From: Pirellulales bacterium
GTDB lineage: Bacteria; Planctomycetota; Planctomycetia; Pirellulales; PALSA-1355
DNA: 64,000 nt
Direction of reading: 5' to 3'
NCBI GenBank assembly: GCA_963733035.1
Contig: CAVTBU010000005.1
Location: forward strand, 512,001 to 576,000
Part shown: positions 41,054 through 52,659 of the stretch, in pieces
Layout: each line of letters starts with the position of its first letter
Position numbering within the stretch: the stretch's first letter is position 1
Position numbers and translations under genes: made by a program
Notes under the pieces: model-generated
What the model was told of the DNA's origin: nothing
Database searches by the model: none
What the model saw: only the letters and a program-made list of their open reading frames with translations

Positions 41054-42438
41054 ATGCAGCGGAACCACGCGACTTCGGCCAATCATCCGATCTTCGAGCA
41101 GTACCTTGCGAAAACACCCGGTTCGGCGCGGCTCTACCGACGTGCCGTGAACGTCTTTCCCGGCGGCGTGACGCACGACACGCGCTACTTGCAGCCGCAT
41201 CCCTTATACATCGATCGGGCCGCGGGGTCGCGCAAATGGGACGTCGACAATCACGAGTACGTCGACTACATCGGCGGTCACGGCGCTCTGCTATTGGGCC
41301 ACAATCACCCGCAAGTTATGGATGCCGTACGCGCACAGTTGGCCAAGGGAACACACTTCGGCGCGAGCCACGAACTCGAACTGCAGCTTGGCGAACAGAT
41401 CCAGAAAATGATCCCCTGCGCCGGCAAAGTCCGCTTTACCGGCTCGGGCACCGAAAGTACGTTGCTGGCCATTCGCCTGGCGCGGGCCTTCACCGGCAAA
41501 CAGAAAATCGTGCGCTTCGCAGGGCATTTCCACGGCTGGCACGATCAAGTGGCTTTCGCCGCCATGTCGCACTTCGACGGCTCGGTGCCTGCCGGCATTT
41601 TGCCGGGGGTCGTGGGCGAAGCGATCGTTTGTCAGCCCGGCGATGCCGCCGCGCTAGAGCGCATTCTTGATGCAAATGAAGACGTTGCCGCCGTGATCCT
41701 CGAACCGACCGGAGCCACGTTCGGCCTGGTCCCCTTGCCCGAAGGTTATCTCGCGCAAGTCCGCGAACTAACGGCCACCAAGGGCGTTTTGTTGATCTTC
41801 GACGAGGTTATTACCGGTTTTCGCGTTTCGCCCGGCGGCGCCCAGGCACACGCCGGTGTTACGCCGGATCTGGCTACGCTGGCCAAGATCGTCGCCGGCG
41901 GCTTCCCCGGCGGCGCCGTTGCCGGCCGCAAAGATGTGATGGACGTCATGACAATGCGCGAGGACCGCGCTTGGAACCTCGCGCACCGCGTGCCGCACCA
42001 GGGGACCTTCAACGCCAACCCGATCACCGCGGCGGCCGGGCTCGCCGCCCTGCAAGTCATCGCCGAGACCGACGCCATCGCCCGCGCGAACACCATCGCC
42101 GCGCAGCTCCGCAATCGGTTGAACGAAACGATTCGCCAGGTCGGTTCCAAATGGCTGGTCTATGGCGAGTACTCCGGTTTCCACATTTTTACCAACCCGC
42201 TCGACCGCCCGTTGTCCGTCGCGGACATCTACACGGGCAATGTCAGTATGGAGGAACTCAAGGGGGAACGCCCCCGTCGGTCATCCACCAACTGCGCTGC
42301 GGCCTGATTCTGGGCGGCGCCGATATCTTCCCCTGGCCCGGCGGCTGCGTTTCGGCGGTACACGACGAGCGCGACGTGGAGATTACCGCCAGCGCACTAC
42401 AATCTACACTTGAACAGCTCGAGTGGAAGAAAGGCTAG
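41054..42438 (+). CDS. Class III PLP aminotransferase (HemL-like; frameshift in the G-run near 42263)
   Basis: WDVDNHEYVDY, SGTEST, FAGHFHG, LIFDEVITGFR, TLAKIVAGG, GTFNANP. Confidence 0.9.
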
Positions 42439-42468
42439 CGACTCATTGCGTCGCGGCGCTGCTTCAAG

Positions 42469-44737
42469 TCACTCCCGGTCGAGTTCGGTCTGCAGCGCTC
42501 GCACCTGGTCAAGGTTCACGCCGACGGGCTCGTGTTCGAGCAGCCAATCAACGTCGTCGCGTGCGCGCTGGCGCTCGTTGAGCTGGTAGCGAACCATCGC
42601 TCGCAGCATGTGGTAGGGGCCATGTTCGGGCTCAACGGCGAGCATGGCATTCAGGTAGCGGTGCAGGGCCGCGGGATCACTGCGTGAAACGCTGAGCAGG
42701 TTTTGCAACATGCGGAAGATGATCGCCCGCTTGGTAGTCGGCTCAAAAAGCTTTGCGACCTGACTCTCGGTCAACTCCCCATCGGTTGCGTCGTTAACCC
42801 GCCGCTCGGCCTCCTTTCGGCTCACCTCCGCGGCGCCCTCGAATACGTCGATTAGTCGGGGGTCTCCTTCGGGGGGAACATACGCCACGATAAAGTGCCC
42901 GGGCAGACCCACGCCAACGACGTCCAAGCCGATCCTCCGCGCCAGTTCCAGATACACGACCGAAAGCGTGATGGGCAGCCCTTCGCGGTCGTCGAGCACT
43001 TCGTTCAGGTAGCTGTTGGCCCGATTGTAAAAGTCGCCGCGGCTGCCGTGAAAACCATTCTCCTTGAAAAGATAATTCTTTAGAGCGGCCAGTTTCGCCG
43101 CGTCATCCGCATCTTCTCCGAGCGACGCGTTAAGTTCCGCGGCCATCTCGTCGAGTTCCTGGCAGTAGGCATCCACGTCGACCTCCTCGTTATCGAGCCG
43201 GGCGACCAGCAACCCGGCACGGAACAAGTCGATCTTCGCTTCGTCAGCGGAAAGCGTGGCCAGCAGATCGTCGATCACGCGGCGCTCGGTGAGCTTCGAG
43301 CGCCAGTTCGCGAAGCCTCTCGGCCCGGCGATCGAGTTCGGAGGCCCGTCGCCGCAGCACCTTCGCAGCGCGAACCGGGTCGGTGGCCAGATCTTCAATG
43401 ACCGCCTCATCGAGAGAACCTTCGGTTGGCAACTTTTCAACAAGACCTACGATGCGCTCCGCTTCTTCCGGCCGCACTGTCGAGCGTGGCACTTCGGTGC
43501 CGACGTGAAACCCGCGAAATTCAGCCTCGGTGTCGCGAAACTTAACCAGACCGATTTTGCCAGGCTGCAGCGCCGAGTCGGCCATCGTGACAACTGGTTG
43601 GTCATTGACGAAACACTTGATCCTTCCGTCTTCGAGCCGCACGCGTAGGTTGTTCCACTTGCCCGCTGCATAGTGCTTGTTCGGTTGGCTATAGAGAATC
43701 TGCCAGGTTTGGATATCGGGGCCTGCGAATCGCGTCAGGCGCATCTGACCATTGGTCGGGTAGAAGCCGTAATGCCGGTTCTCGCCGTCGGAGCAAAATG
43801 CCAACCCCGCCGCGCCAGACTCGTCGTCCAGCTTCACGTCGACGGTTATCTCGAAAGGTCGCTCGGGTGGAATTGCCGTCGACAGGCAGAGCGAACGCCC
43901 TCCAAACCCATCGCCGAGCCCATCGACCAGGATGCGACCGGCACGTTGCCGCCAGTGGGCCCCGAACACTGGTTGCCACTCGCGGGCATCGAGCGCCCCG
44001 ATGGTTCGCCAGCGCGACATGGCGATCGGATTGGGCTTCTCGAGTAGCGGCTTGAGCAGGTTAATCGTGAGGGCAAACCCAAGGTTGGGCGTCACGAGCG
44101 ACTTCATCGTCATCACGCCCTGCACGCGCCCCTGGCGATCGATGAGTGGTCCACCGCTGTTGCCAGGTTCAATCGGAATGGCCAGTTGGATCATCGGCCG
44201 GCCGTCCATTTCGCGCATGCCGCTAACCAACCCGCTAACGACACTGTGCTTGAGTCCGCGCGGATTGCCCAATGCAATAACGCTTTGCCCCTGTTTGAGC
44301 TGATCGGAATCACCCAGCTCGAGCGGCACCAAGTCCATGGCGTCGATCTTCAGCACGGCAAGATCCAGTTCTCGATTCGACGCGTGAACTTCGGTCACCT
44401 CGACCTGTCGGCCGCTGGCCAATTGCACGCGGATGTCGCGACCATCGCCGATGACGTGGTAGTTCGTCACAACGTGACCATCGGGCGAAATGATGAACCC
44501 GGCTCCCATCCCCTCTCGTCGACCGTCGCGACCGGCGGAAGTGATGACGACGACCGACTCGCGCACCCGCTCGGTCAGTTCCGCAATACTCAACTTGGAA
44601 TCGTCCGCCGCGTCGGCATTCGATTCGCGAGACTCTGTCGCGGCCGCGGAGGGCTCTTCGGCGACGGCGAATGTCCGCCAGAGGACCGATGCAAAGAGCG
44701 TCAACACTAAAAGCACAAGGCCGGATCGCATCATCAT
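42469..44737 (-). CDS. Secreted trypsin/HtrA-like protease + lectin-like (DUF1080-like) domain + SirB1/transglutaminase-like core + TPR (frameshift near 43288)
   Basis: VTNYHV, DLAVL, GNSGGP; beta-sandwich AGLAF..WNNLRV; NSYLNEVLDDREGLPITLSVVY..GLPGHF (SirB1-like). Confidence 0.85.
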
Positions 44738-44927
44738 TTGCTCCGCGTCTTTGCCAAGACGGACCGGGGCGGTGCATCGCCCATAGCCTTGATGATACCC
44801 GGAATGCGGCCCCCGCGGCGAGTACCGCGTCGCGATTTAGCCTCCAACTGGCACCGCGTTTTAGTGCCAAACCAAGGCCTACGCGAAGCGTGGTGTGACC
44901 CGCCGAGAAGATCGGGCGATTTGCGAG

Positions 44928-45494
44928 CTACCGCACTGGCCCGATCAACTCAATCAAATTGCCGTCAGGATCGCGAACGACCGTCAGGGCAAGTCCTGGC
45001 GTGATGTCGGCCGGCAGTGGCACGGGGCTTTTGCCTATCGGCCGAACGCCTGCTCGGCCGAGTCGCTCGAGCGCACGATTGCCGTCTGCGACGTAGATCG
45101 TCAGGTAGCTGTAGCCGAGCTGCGCGTGAATGAACGAGTTGTCGGATTTCTTGGTCCCCGCGCCTGGCACTTGCATCAGCTTGAGCCGCGTGGCCGACGC
45201 TTCGTCACCAAGCACGAGCACGCGAATGTCGAGTCGCTTGTGGTCCGTCAGTCCAGCATCGGTGCAAAAGTCGGCGTCGACAGAGAATCCCTGGATTTCC
45301 TTAAAGCCGATTGCCTCGGTATAGAATTTCACTGCGCGATCGAGGTCGCTAACGACCACGCCGATATCGATCGTCGAACGGGCAAAATCGCTTCTTGAAT
45401 CGTTGGCTGCGTGACTTGCCAGCCAACCGCCGCCCACGATCGCCAAGCCCAAGAACGTTACAACGGCCCACCGACCGCCGGAAGAATACATCAT
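44928..45494 (-). CDS. VOC/glyoxalase family protein with an N-terminal signal or anchor
   Basis: IGVVVSDLDRAVKFYTEAIGF and VRDPDGNLIEL. Confidence 0.88.
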   Translation of the reverse strand: MMYSSGGRWAVVTFLGLAIVGGGWLASHAANDSRSDFARSTIDIGVVVSDLDRAVKFYTEAIGFKEIQGFSVDADFCTDAGLTDHKRLDIRVLVLGDEASATRLKLMQVPGAGTKKSDNSFIHAQLGYSYLTIYVADGNRALERLGRAGVRPIGKSPVPLPADITPGLALTVVRDPDGNLIELIGPVR

Positions 45495-45544
45495 TTCGTT
45501 GCCCCTGGTTGTCAATCGAACTTGTCGTACCGCAATCGGCGTGC

Positions 45545-45995
45545 TTATTCACTCGCCGGTTTCTCGCGCTGCCACACTTCCAGCACGCAGCCACTCCCCT
45601 GCTTGCCGGTGAATTCCATGGGCCGCGTCTTGTTATCCGATCGCAGACAAATCGTGAGCTTATCCCCTTCGACCTTGTAGATCACCAGATAGACTTTGTC
45701 TTGCTCACCATCGCCAACAACGATATCGAGCGCCTTCGGCTCCTGCGAAGGATCGAAGCGGTAGGTGCCTCGCTCATGGAAGTCGCCGTTCTGAAAATGG
45801 TAGTTGTTTTCCTCGACGGTGAGCTTGATTGCCTTCAGCTTTTCGTCCGGCGTCCGCTCTCCGTCGTGCTCCATCACGCACGGGATGCCAGACGCCTTGC
45901 CATTTGGCGATTTCCTGTTTGGCCGCGTCCTTCTCAGCGGCGATCACGGCGAACGACCCCACGATCAACAGTGCCGCGCTAACGAACCATCGCAT
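45545..45995 (-). CDS. TIGR03067-like planctomycete secreted protein (frameshift near 45880)
   Basis: WQGVW, DPSQEPKALDI, IYKVEGDKLTIC, RPMEF. Confidence 0.85.
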
Positions 45996-46094
45996 CTGCC
46001 CGAATCCTCGCGTGACGTGCCCCAAATCGTTGCGTCAACCGCCGTAGTATGCCCGGCTTTCCTTCGACTGTAAAGCAAGTGCCAGCAAGCAACT

Positions 46095-46766
46095 CTACTC
46101 CGTTGGCGCGGCGGCAGCCGCCGGCTTGCCGAGATGCTCGGCCAGAATCTGGTCGAGCCGGCCGGCAAACGAGGCGTCCGTGCGGACGTGCATCACCATG
46201 CGTTGCTTGAGAAACAGGTTCAATTGCAGGCCAGACTTGCCGGACCAGGAAAAACGGCTGATGTCATCCCAGGCAATAAAATGCCACGCCCCCTGAATCA
46301 ACCCGTGCTCGCACGCCTCGAGGCCCATCGGATCCACCTTCCACCACACGCGTACCACAAGATAGTTAACTGCGAAAAACAACAAGAACGGCGACGGTGG
46401 CATCAGAACAAACGCCCCCGGCCTGGCCGTGCGGAGCTTGAAGCCAACCTCGAACAAATAACCGCCCAGGAACAGTACAAGCAGCGCCCAGTGCAACAAC
46501 TTGCCGGAAAAACGGCCGAATCGCTCAATACGTCGGCCGGCCCTTCGTTCGACCTTCTGGCGCGCGAACAAGATATATCCTGAACTACAAACGACCACGA
46601 CTACCAGCACGACTGCCTGCACCAGCGCGGAGATTTGCGCCGTGCCCGACAAGTCCTTCACCAGCGTGGCCAGAACCGCGAACAACACTCCCGCGCCGGC
46701 CATCAGCACCAGCAAGTTGCGGATGCGAAACTGGCCGAGCGGCTCGAGTCGTTTCAGATCTTGCAT
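46095..46766 (-). CDS. Hypothetical membrane protein (about 4 TM)
   Basis: QFRIRNLLVLM N-terminal motif common in planctomycete membrane proteins; small C-terminal beta domain (FIAWDDI). Confidence 0.65.
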   Translation of the reverse strand: MQDLKRLEPLGQFRIRNLLVLMAGAGVLFAVLATLVKDLSGTAQISALVQAVVLVVVVVCSSGYILFARQKVERRAGRRIERFGRFSGKLLHWALLVLFLGGYLFEVGFKLRTARPGAFVLMPPSPFLLFFAVNYLVVRVWWKVDPMGLEACEHGLIQGAWHFIAWDDISRFSWSGKSGLQLNLFLKQRMVMHVRTDASFAGRLDQILAEHLGKPAAAAAPTE

Positions 46767-46935
46767 GTGGATCGATCCCACCAGTCGGGTCAGGCAGCGT
46801 TGGCAGTTTAAGGCGGCGACGCGAGAAGTTCAATTTCGATCATATTCATGGGTCGCGTGCAGGATTTCGTCCACGGGTTCATGCCATATCGTGTGTTCGA
46901 ACGACATTTGAGCGAAGTACCCGGCGCGGACAGCG

Positions 46936-48279
46936 CTACTGCGCGTCGCCCGCAGACACATACACCGGTCGCCGGGGATCGATCGCCAGCCAGGCCAGCG
47001 CGCCGATGGCATAGGCGCATGCCGAGAGGGCGAAGCTAGCGGACCAGCCGAACTCCAGGGCAAGGCGTGGCACCAGCGAAATCCCAATCGCGGCCCCGAT
47101 GTTGCCGCACATGTTGCCTACGCCAAGAACGGTGCCCGAATAGGGGCCGCCCAGATCCTGGTAGGTACACCATAGCGAGCCGAGTCCAAAGTCACCCAGG
47201 AAAGACGAAATCACCAGCATCGCGACAATCGCCATGGGGTCTTCGAGAAAAAAACAACAGCCGTAGCTAATGGCAGCGCCACCATAGGAAAAGATGCACG
47301 GCGCGTGCCGTCCCCAGGCCAGCCCTAATCGACGGACCAACCAGTCGGTTGCAAACCCGCCGGCCAGGCAGCCGCCCATGCCGGCCAGCGCCACCGCGCT
47401 GGTATAGACGCCGGCATCGACGAGTTTCCAACCGTGCACTTTGTTCAAGTACGTTGGCAACAGCGTCCCCACCAGGATCCAACCGACGTTGATCCAGAAA
47501 TTCACCAGCGTCAAAAACCAAATCGAACGACTCCGCAAAAAATCCACGGGGCTGAGTCTCGGCAAAAAGGTGTCAGGAACCTTTCCGACCAATGGCCCCT
47601 CAATCAGCTCCGCTTCGGCCTCATTCACGCCGGCATGCTGGCGCGGTCGATCGCGAAACCACCACCAGTACAAACCCGCCCAGAAAATGCCCACGACGCC
47701 GTAGGCGACAAACACCGGCCGCCAGTGGAAAACCTGCAGCCCCAGCAGACCCACGGCCGCCATGCCGTACGCGGTGAGCGAAGGCGCCAACACGCCGCCG
47801 GCACGACCCCCGAGTGAGACCGCGCTGTTGGCGAATCCTCGCGACGAAAACGGCGTCCAGCGACGTAAGAAACCGGCCGTCGTGGCATAAGCACCGGCCT
47901 GTCCAATACCTAGTACGCCACGCATGACGACCAGCGACGCGAGCCCCGCCACAAACCCCATGCCCGTGATCGCCAACGACCAGGCAACCACATACAGCGT
48001 CAACGCTCGGCGGCCACCCCAACGGTCACCAAGCCAACCGGCCGGAATCTGGAACAATGCATAGCACCAGAAGAACGCCGCCACGGAATCGGCAACGTAT
48101 TCCAACGGAATGTCCAGATCCTCGATCATCGCCGGCATGGCCACCGAAATCGCCATCCGGTCGAGGTATAGAATCACCGCCATGGAAACGGCCAGCGCCA
48201 GCACGCGATAGCGAACCACCGTGGGGCGAACATCGAGCGCGGCGTTGGCAACTTCACTCTTCACGGAACCACCGGGCAT
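46936..48279 (-). CDS. MFS transporter (anion:cation symporter-like)
   Basis: YLDRMAIS, YALFQIPAGWLGDRWGGRR, about 12 TM. Confidence 0.93.
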   Translation of the reverse strand: MPGGSVKSEVANAALDVRPTVVRYRVLALAVSMAVILYLDRMAISVAMPAMIEDLDIPLEYVADSVAAFFWCYALFQIPAGWLGDRWGGRRALTLYVVAWSLAITGMGFVAGLASLVVMRGVLGIGQAGAYATTAGFLRRWTPFSSRGFANSAVSLGGRAGGVLAPSLTAYGMAAVGLLGLQVFHWRPVFVAYGVVGIFWAGLYWWWFRDRPRQHAGVNEAEAELIEGPLVGKVPDTFLPRLSPVDFLRSRSIWFLTLVNFWINVGWILVGTLLPTYLNKVHGWKLVDAGVYTSAVALAGMGGCLAGGFATDWLVRRLGLAWGRHAPCIFSYGGAAISYGCCFFLEDPMAIVAMLVISSFLGDFGLGSLWCTYQDLGGPYSGTVLGVGNMCGNIGAAIGISLVPRLALEFGWSASFALSACAYAIGALAWLAIDPRRPVYVSAGDAQ

Positions 48280-48411
48280 GTGAAAGCGCCGCGCAACGGG
48301 GCACGTTGCGGTTGATCAGATTCAGGAGTAGCATGACGCGTCCAACCTAACGGGCGGCGCGGCGGGCCGCAATCGTGGCTTTTGCACTTACCGGTAGAAA
48401 GAACACGGCCA

Positions 48412-49476
48412 ATGTTGATCTTCGATGCGCATCTTGACCTGAGCATGAACGCCCTGGAATGGAACCGCGATCTCACGCGTCCCATCGAAGAGATCCGTGC
48501 ACGAGAGCAAGGTAAGAAGGACAAGCCAGATCGTGGCAATGGCACGGTCTGCTTGCCCGAAATGCGGCGCGGCGGCGTCGGCCTCTGCGTGGCCACGCTG
48601 ATTGCCCGCTACGTAAAACCGTCAAACCCGCTCCCCGGCTTCCACGCCGCCGAAATCGCCTGGGCCCATACGCAAGGGCAGCTCGCCTGGTATCGGGCAA
48701 TGGAAGAAGCCGGCGAGATGACACAGATTTGCGATCTGGCCGGACTCAAGAAGCACGTGCAACTTTGGCAGGATCCGCCAGCCAACGCACCAATCGGATA
48801 CATCCTCAGTCTGGAAGGTGCCGATTCGATCCTTGCACCGAAGCACCTGGAGCGGGCCTATGCGCAGGGCCTGCGTGCCATTGGCCCGGCGCACTATGGA
48901 CCGGGCACGTACGCGCAGGGCACGCACGCCACCGGCGGCATCGGCCAGGCGGGCCGCGAATTGCTGGCGGAAATGCAACGGCTGGGCATCATTCTCGACG
49001 CCACGCACCTGTGCGACGAAAGCTTTTGGGAGGCGTTGGACACCTACGACGGTCCGGTATGGGCCAGCCACAACAATTGCCGCGCGCTTGTCAACGACAC
49101 GCGGCAATTCACCGACGAGCAACTCAAGGCCCTCATTCAGCGCGGCGGGGTGATTGGCGCCCCGCTCGACGCCTGGATGATGGTGCCCGGCTGGGTTCGC
49201 GGCAAATCGACTCCCCTCGAAGCGGGCGTGAAATTCGAGCACATGCTGGATCATATCGACCACGTCTGCCAGCTAGCAGGCAACGCCCGGCATGCTGGCA
49301 TCGGCACCGATCTGGACGGCGGGTTCGGCCGCGAACAGAGTCCAGCCGACCTGGAAACGATCGCCGATCTCGCCAAACTGCCAAAGATGCTCGAAAAAAG
49401 GGGCTATTCGGCAACGGACGTCGAGGGCATCATGCACGGGAATTGGCTCCGGTTCCTGGAAAATGCCTGGAGATAA
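48412..49476 (+). CDS. Membrane dipeptidase (peptidase M19)
   Basis: DAHLD, LEGAD, DATH, ASHNN, GIGTDLDG, GNWLRFL. Confidence 0.93.
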   Translation: MLIFDAHLDLSMNALEWNRDLTRPIEEIRAREQGKKDKPDRGNGTVCLPEMRRGGVGLCVATLIARYVKPSNPLPGFHAAEIAWAHTQGQLAWYRAMEEAGEMTQICDLAGLKKHVQLWQDPPANAPIGYILSLEGADSILAPKHLERAYAQGLRAIGPAHYGPGTYAQGTHATGGIGQAGRELLAEMQRLGIILDATHLCDESFWEALDTYDGPVWASHNNCRALVNDTRQFTDEQLKALIQRGGVIGAPLDAWMMVPGWVRGKSTPLEAGVKFEHMLDHIDHVCQLAGNARHAGIGTDLDGGFGREQSPADLETIADLAKLPKMLEKRGYSATDVEGIMHGNWLRFLENAWR

Positions 49477-49700
49477 GTTTCCGCCGATTGTCCGGGGGGT
49501 AGTGACATTTGCGGAAAATGGGTTACAAAAGTGTTAGCGAACATCGGTCAGAATCTCCCGTAACACAAACAGGAACTGGGGGAAGCTTCTGGTGCGATGC
49601 GTCAACATTCACCCCGTTCGGTTGCCGTTGGGGCGACACCGGCACTCGAACAACAGCTTCCCACCGTCGTCTTACGCCCCCGCTTTGTGGAGTTCTCCTC

Positions 49701-50321
49701 TTGAGCACCGCAGCTTATCCAACGATTGACCGTTCGCGTGCTCTGCACGTCGTTGCCCGTGTGATCTCCGACGCTTTGAGCCCTGCCGCGCTCGCCGTGC
49801 CCGGATTGATGCTGGGCGTCTGGGCCAGTGGTGTGCCCGGCACGTTTCGATATGCATTACTGTATGCGGCGGTCGCAGTGGTCGTGCCGATGGTGTACTT
49901 GGTGTGGTTGATGAAAACCGGTCGAATCACGGACTTCCATTTGCCCAATCGGCGTGAGCGTTTCGGTCCCTTTGCGGTTGCGTCCGCATCAGCGGCCGGT
50001 GGTGTGGGACTGCTCCTCTATTTGGGCGCGCCGTCGGCATTTGTAGCGCCGCTGATCGCAGCACTCGCGCAGATCGTGCTGCTGTTTGTCATCACGCTAG
50101 CCTGGCAGATCAGCATTCACACGGCGACCAGCGCCGGGCTGGCAACCTTTGCCGTCTTGGCCCTCGGCGGAGCGGCCGTCTTGCTGCTGCTTCTGGTGCC
50201 GGTCGTGATGTGGGCTCGCTTGTACCTGCGGCGGCATACGCTCGCACAAACCTTGGCGGGCGCCGGGCTCGGCGTGGCCGCATTCTGTGGACTGTTTCTC
50301 GTGCACGGCATCTGGTGGTAG
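49701..50321 (+). CDS. PAP2-superfamily membrane protein
   Basis: ISIH and WARLYLRRHTLAQ motifs, multiple TM; TTG start after GGAG. Confidence 0.75.
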   Translation: MSTAAYPTIDRSRALHVVARVISDALSPAALAVPGLMLGVWASGVPGTFRYALLYAAVAVVVPMVYLVWLMKTGRITDFHLPNRRERFGPFAVASASAAGGVGLLLYLGAPSAFVAPLIAALAQIVLLFVITLAWQISIHTATSAGLATFAVLALGGAAVLLLLLVPVVMWARLYLRRHTLAQTLAGAGLGVAAFCGLFLVHGIWW

Positions 50322-50331
50322 ACGCCCGGTC

Positions 50332-52659
50332 CTACCGCACCTGCAAGCCGCTTTCGGCAACGTCACTTTCTTCGGTACTACCAGCGCGGTCCACTTTGCA
50401 GCCGCGGGTGAAGAATCGCCCCAACGGACCTGCCAGAATGACGGGCGTCAGCGCCAGGTCGGCCACGAGGCCAAACCCCAGCAGCGTGAACATCAACAGG
50501 CCGAACCGCCGGGTCGGCATGAAGCTGCTCAGCGCAAAGGTGAGCAGCCCCAGCGACACGATGGCAGTGCTCTGATAGATTGCGCCGGCCGAGTGCTCGT
50601 AGGCCATGACGACGGCATCCTTGCGTTTCAGCCCCATGCGTGTGGCGCGGCGAAACCAGTTGGCAAAGTGGACGGTGTCGTCCACGCATACCCCCATCGC
50701 CACGCTGGCGGTCATCATCGTACCGATGTCGAGTGCAATACCCAGCCAACTCATCAGCCCAAACACCACGGTCATCGGAAACACGTTGGGCAACATCGTC
50801 AGCAGGCCGGCTCGCACGTCGCGAAACATAATGCTCATCACGGCGGCAATCATGGCGAACGCGCCGAAGAAGCTCTCGGTCAGGCCATTGAGCAGCGCGC
50901 GCTCGGCCATGTAAACGACCGGCGTCATCCCGGTATACGTCACACCGTCAAGCCCCTTGACGCCCTGCGAACGTTGGCGATCGAGCGCCGGCTCGACATG
51001 ATGTCGAATGTCGTCGATGAACGCACCGTAGTCGATGTCCGCCAAGGCCGCCACGCGCAGACTGATGCGCCACCACTCCTGGCCCGTCTTTTTGTCGACG
51101 GTCAGATAGCCTTCCTTCACGAAGTCCTCGCGATGGGCGTCGAGCCGCTTGGTGAGCACGTCGCGCCGCAACAGCCCACGCACGCTGCCGCTCCGACTTG
51201 GCCTCAGATCGGGCGCGAACGTGACGGCGGACATCGTGCCGCCAACAGCGGGAATCTCCTGAGCGGCCTGTTGTATTCTTTCGACGGTCCGCATTCGCTC
51301 CAGCATCGTTTGGTCGTTGGCCTTTTCATCGAACCGCACGACGAGTTCCATCGGCACCAGCGGGCCCAGGTTGGCCTCCAGCCAGCGGTAGTCGTGTATA
51401 ATTTTCGCGTCCGGCGAAAACAGGCTCATCAGGTTGATTGTCGTTTTGGCCTGGTAGAGCCCCGACCCACAACCAACCATCAGCCCCAAAAACACCAACC
51501 ACACCAGCCGCGGTCGGCCGACGACAAAACTCCCGAGGGCGCGCATTTGCCGGCGATGCTTCGGATCGAGCAGGCTGTCTTCCTCATCCACGAGCCCCTC
51601 GGGCAGCTTGGGGGGCCAAATTGTCAAGGCGGACGGCAAGTACAGAAACATAAACCCGACCGTCGCCATCACACCCAGGGCCGTATAGAAGCCGAAGGCC
51701 TTGATCGGCACCAGTTCGCTGATATACAGCGAGATCAAGCCCATGGCCGTCGTGCCGGACGATAGCGTACAAGGGAGCCAGGCCGCCGTCACGGCCCGCT
51801 CCGGCGCACCGCGCATGCCGCCGTGCAAACAAACGTGTCGATAATAGTTGATCAAATGCATGGCCGTGGCCAGCCCCGCGGTGTATACCACCGCCGGCAT
51901 CGTCAACAGCACGGAGCTCATTTGGCCGCCGAGCACCCAGACCAGAGCCAGGCAGATACCCGCGCTGTAGACACCGCCCACCAACACCATGACGGTCAGC
52001 CGCAGGTCGCGGATATACCACCAGGCAAGCGACAGGCCGACGGCACCGCACAGGCCCATCAGACGCATCAACATCCGCTCGCCTTCCATGTCGATCGTCA
52101 CATTGTCGACCGGCGGTCCGCCCATCCGCAGATTCTGCTCGGAGATTCCCAACTGCTCTGCGTCGTGGTAGACCTGGGCGATCGATTCCCGCAAGTGCTC
52201 GCGTCCCAATGCCGAAAGCGTCAAGGCCACGCAGGTCTGTTTGCCGTTCGGTCCGATGAGCGTCCCCTTCAGCCGTTTCACCGCTTCGCTCTGCGAGAGG
52301 CTCGTCGGCGGGTTCATCAAGCGTTCGAGCACGCTTTCGCCGGTCACCGCGCTTTGGAAGTAGTGCGGTGTTTTCGGATCGCTGGGCATGACCAGGTGGT
52401 CGGCTAGTTCGCCGACGCGCGGGTTGTCGAGGGTGCACCCCTCCCAACTCACCAGCACGAACGTCTCATCGCCAAAGTGCCGCTGGAACTCCTGATAGTC
52501 ACGCGTGGCCTGAAACGTATCCGGGAGCCACTCCTTCACGTCGTTCTTGTTGGTCTTGAGTGCGAGTATGGCCGCCCACACGGTAAATGGCAGCATCACC
52601 ACTACCAAGGCGATGATCGGCCAACTGAACTGCTCGTAAAATGACTTTCTGGCTGCCAT
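50332..52659 (-). CDS. MMPL/RND-superfamily transporter (probable lipid exporter)
   Basis: Two repeats of TM1 + periplasmic loop + 5 TM; GVCVDDTVHF; TTAMGL. Confidence 0.9.
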   Translation of the reverse strand: MAARKSFYEQFSWPIIALVVVMLPFTVWAAILALKTNKNDVKEWLPDTFQATRDYQEFQRHFGDETFVLVSWEGCTLDNPRVGELADHLVMPSDPKTPHYFQSAVTGESVLERLMNPPTSLSQSEAVKRLKGTLIGPNGKQTCVALTLSALGREHLRESIAQVYHDAEQLGISEQNLRMGGPPVDNVTIDMEGERMLMRLMGLCGAVGLSLAWWYIRDLRLTVMVLVGGVYSAGICLALVWVLGGQMSSVLLTMPAVVYTAGLATAMHLINYYRHVCLHGGMRGAPERAVTAAWLPCTLSSGTTAMGLISLYISELVPIKAFGFYTALGVMATVGFMFLYLPSALTIWPPKLPEGLVDEEDSLLDPKHRRQMRALGSFVVGRPRLVWLVFLGLMVGCGSGLYQAKTTINLMSLFSPDAKIIHDYRWLEANLGPLVPMELVVRFDEKANDQTMLERMRTVERIQQAAQEIPAVGGTMSAVTFAPDLRPSRSGSVRGLLRRDVLTKRLDAHREDFVKEGYLTVDKKTGQEWWRISLRVAALADIDYGAFIDDIRHHVEPALDRQRSQGVKGLDGVTYTGMTPVVYMAERALLNGLTESFFGAFAMIAAVMSIMFRDVRAGLLTMLPNVFPMTVVFGLMSWLGIALDIGTMMTASVAMGVCVDDTVHFANWFRRATRMGLKRKDAVVMAYEHSAGAIYQSTAIVSLGLLTFALSSFMPTRRFGLLMFTLLGFGLVADLALTPVILAGPLGRFFTRGCKVDRAGSTEESDVAESGLQVR

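Noticed and set aside
41054..42438. Calling the aminotransferase hemL
   Set aside because: It lacks the PGGVNSPVR motif (has PGGVTHDTR) and has no tetrapyrrole gene context, so it is left as a generic class III aminotransferase.
44849..44869. TGGCAC-N9-GTGCCA as a sigma54 promoter or operator
   Set aside because: There is no GC at the -12 position in either orientation, and a 6-bp dyad alone is weak evidence.
50287..51765. Long alternative-frame or antisense ORFs (e.g. 50287..51765, 9769..11028, 22987..24168, 3378..4490)
   Set aside because: They are shadows of well-supported genes in high-GC DNA, with Arg/Pro/His-skewed composition and no motifs.
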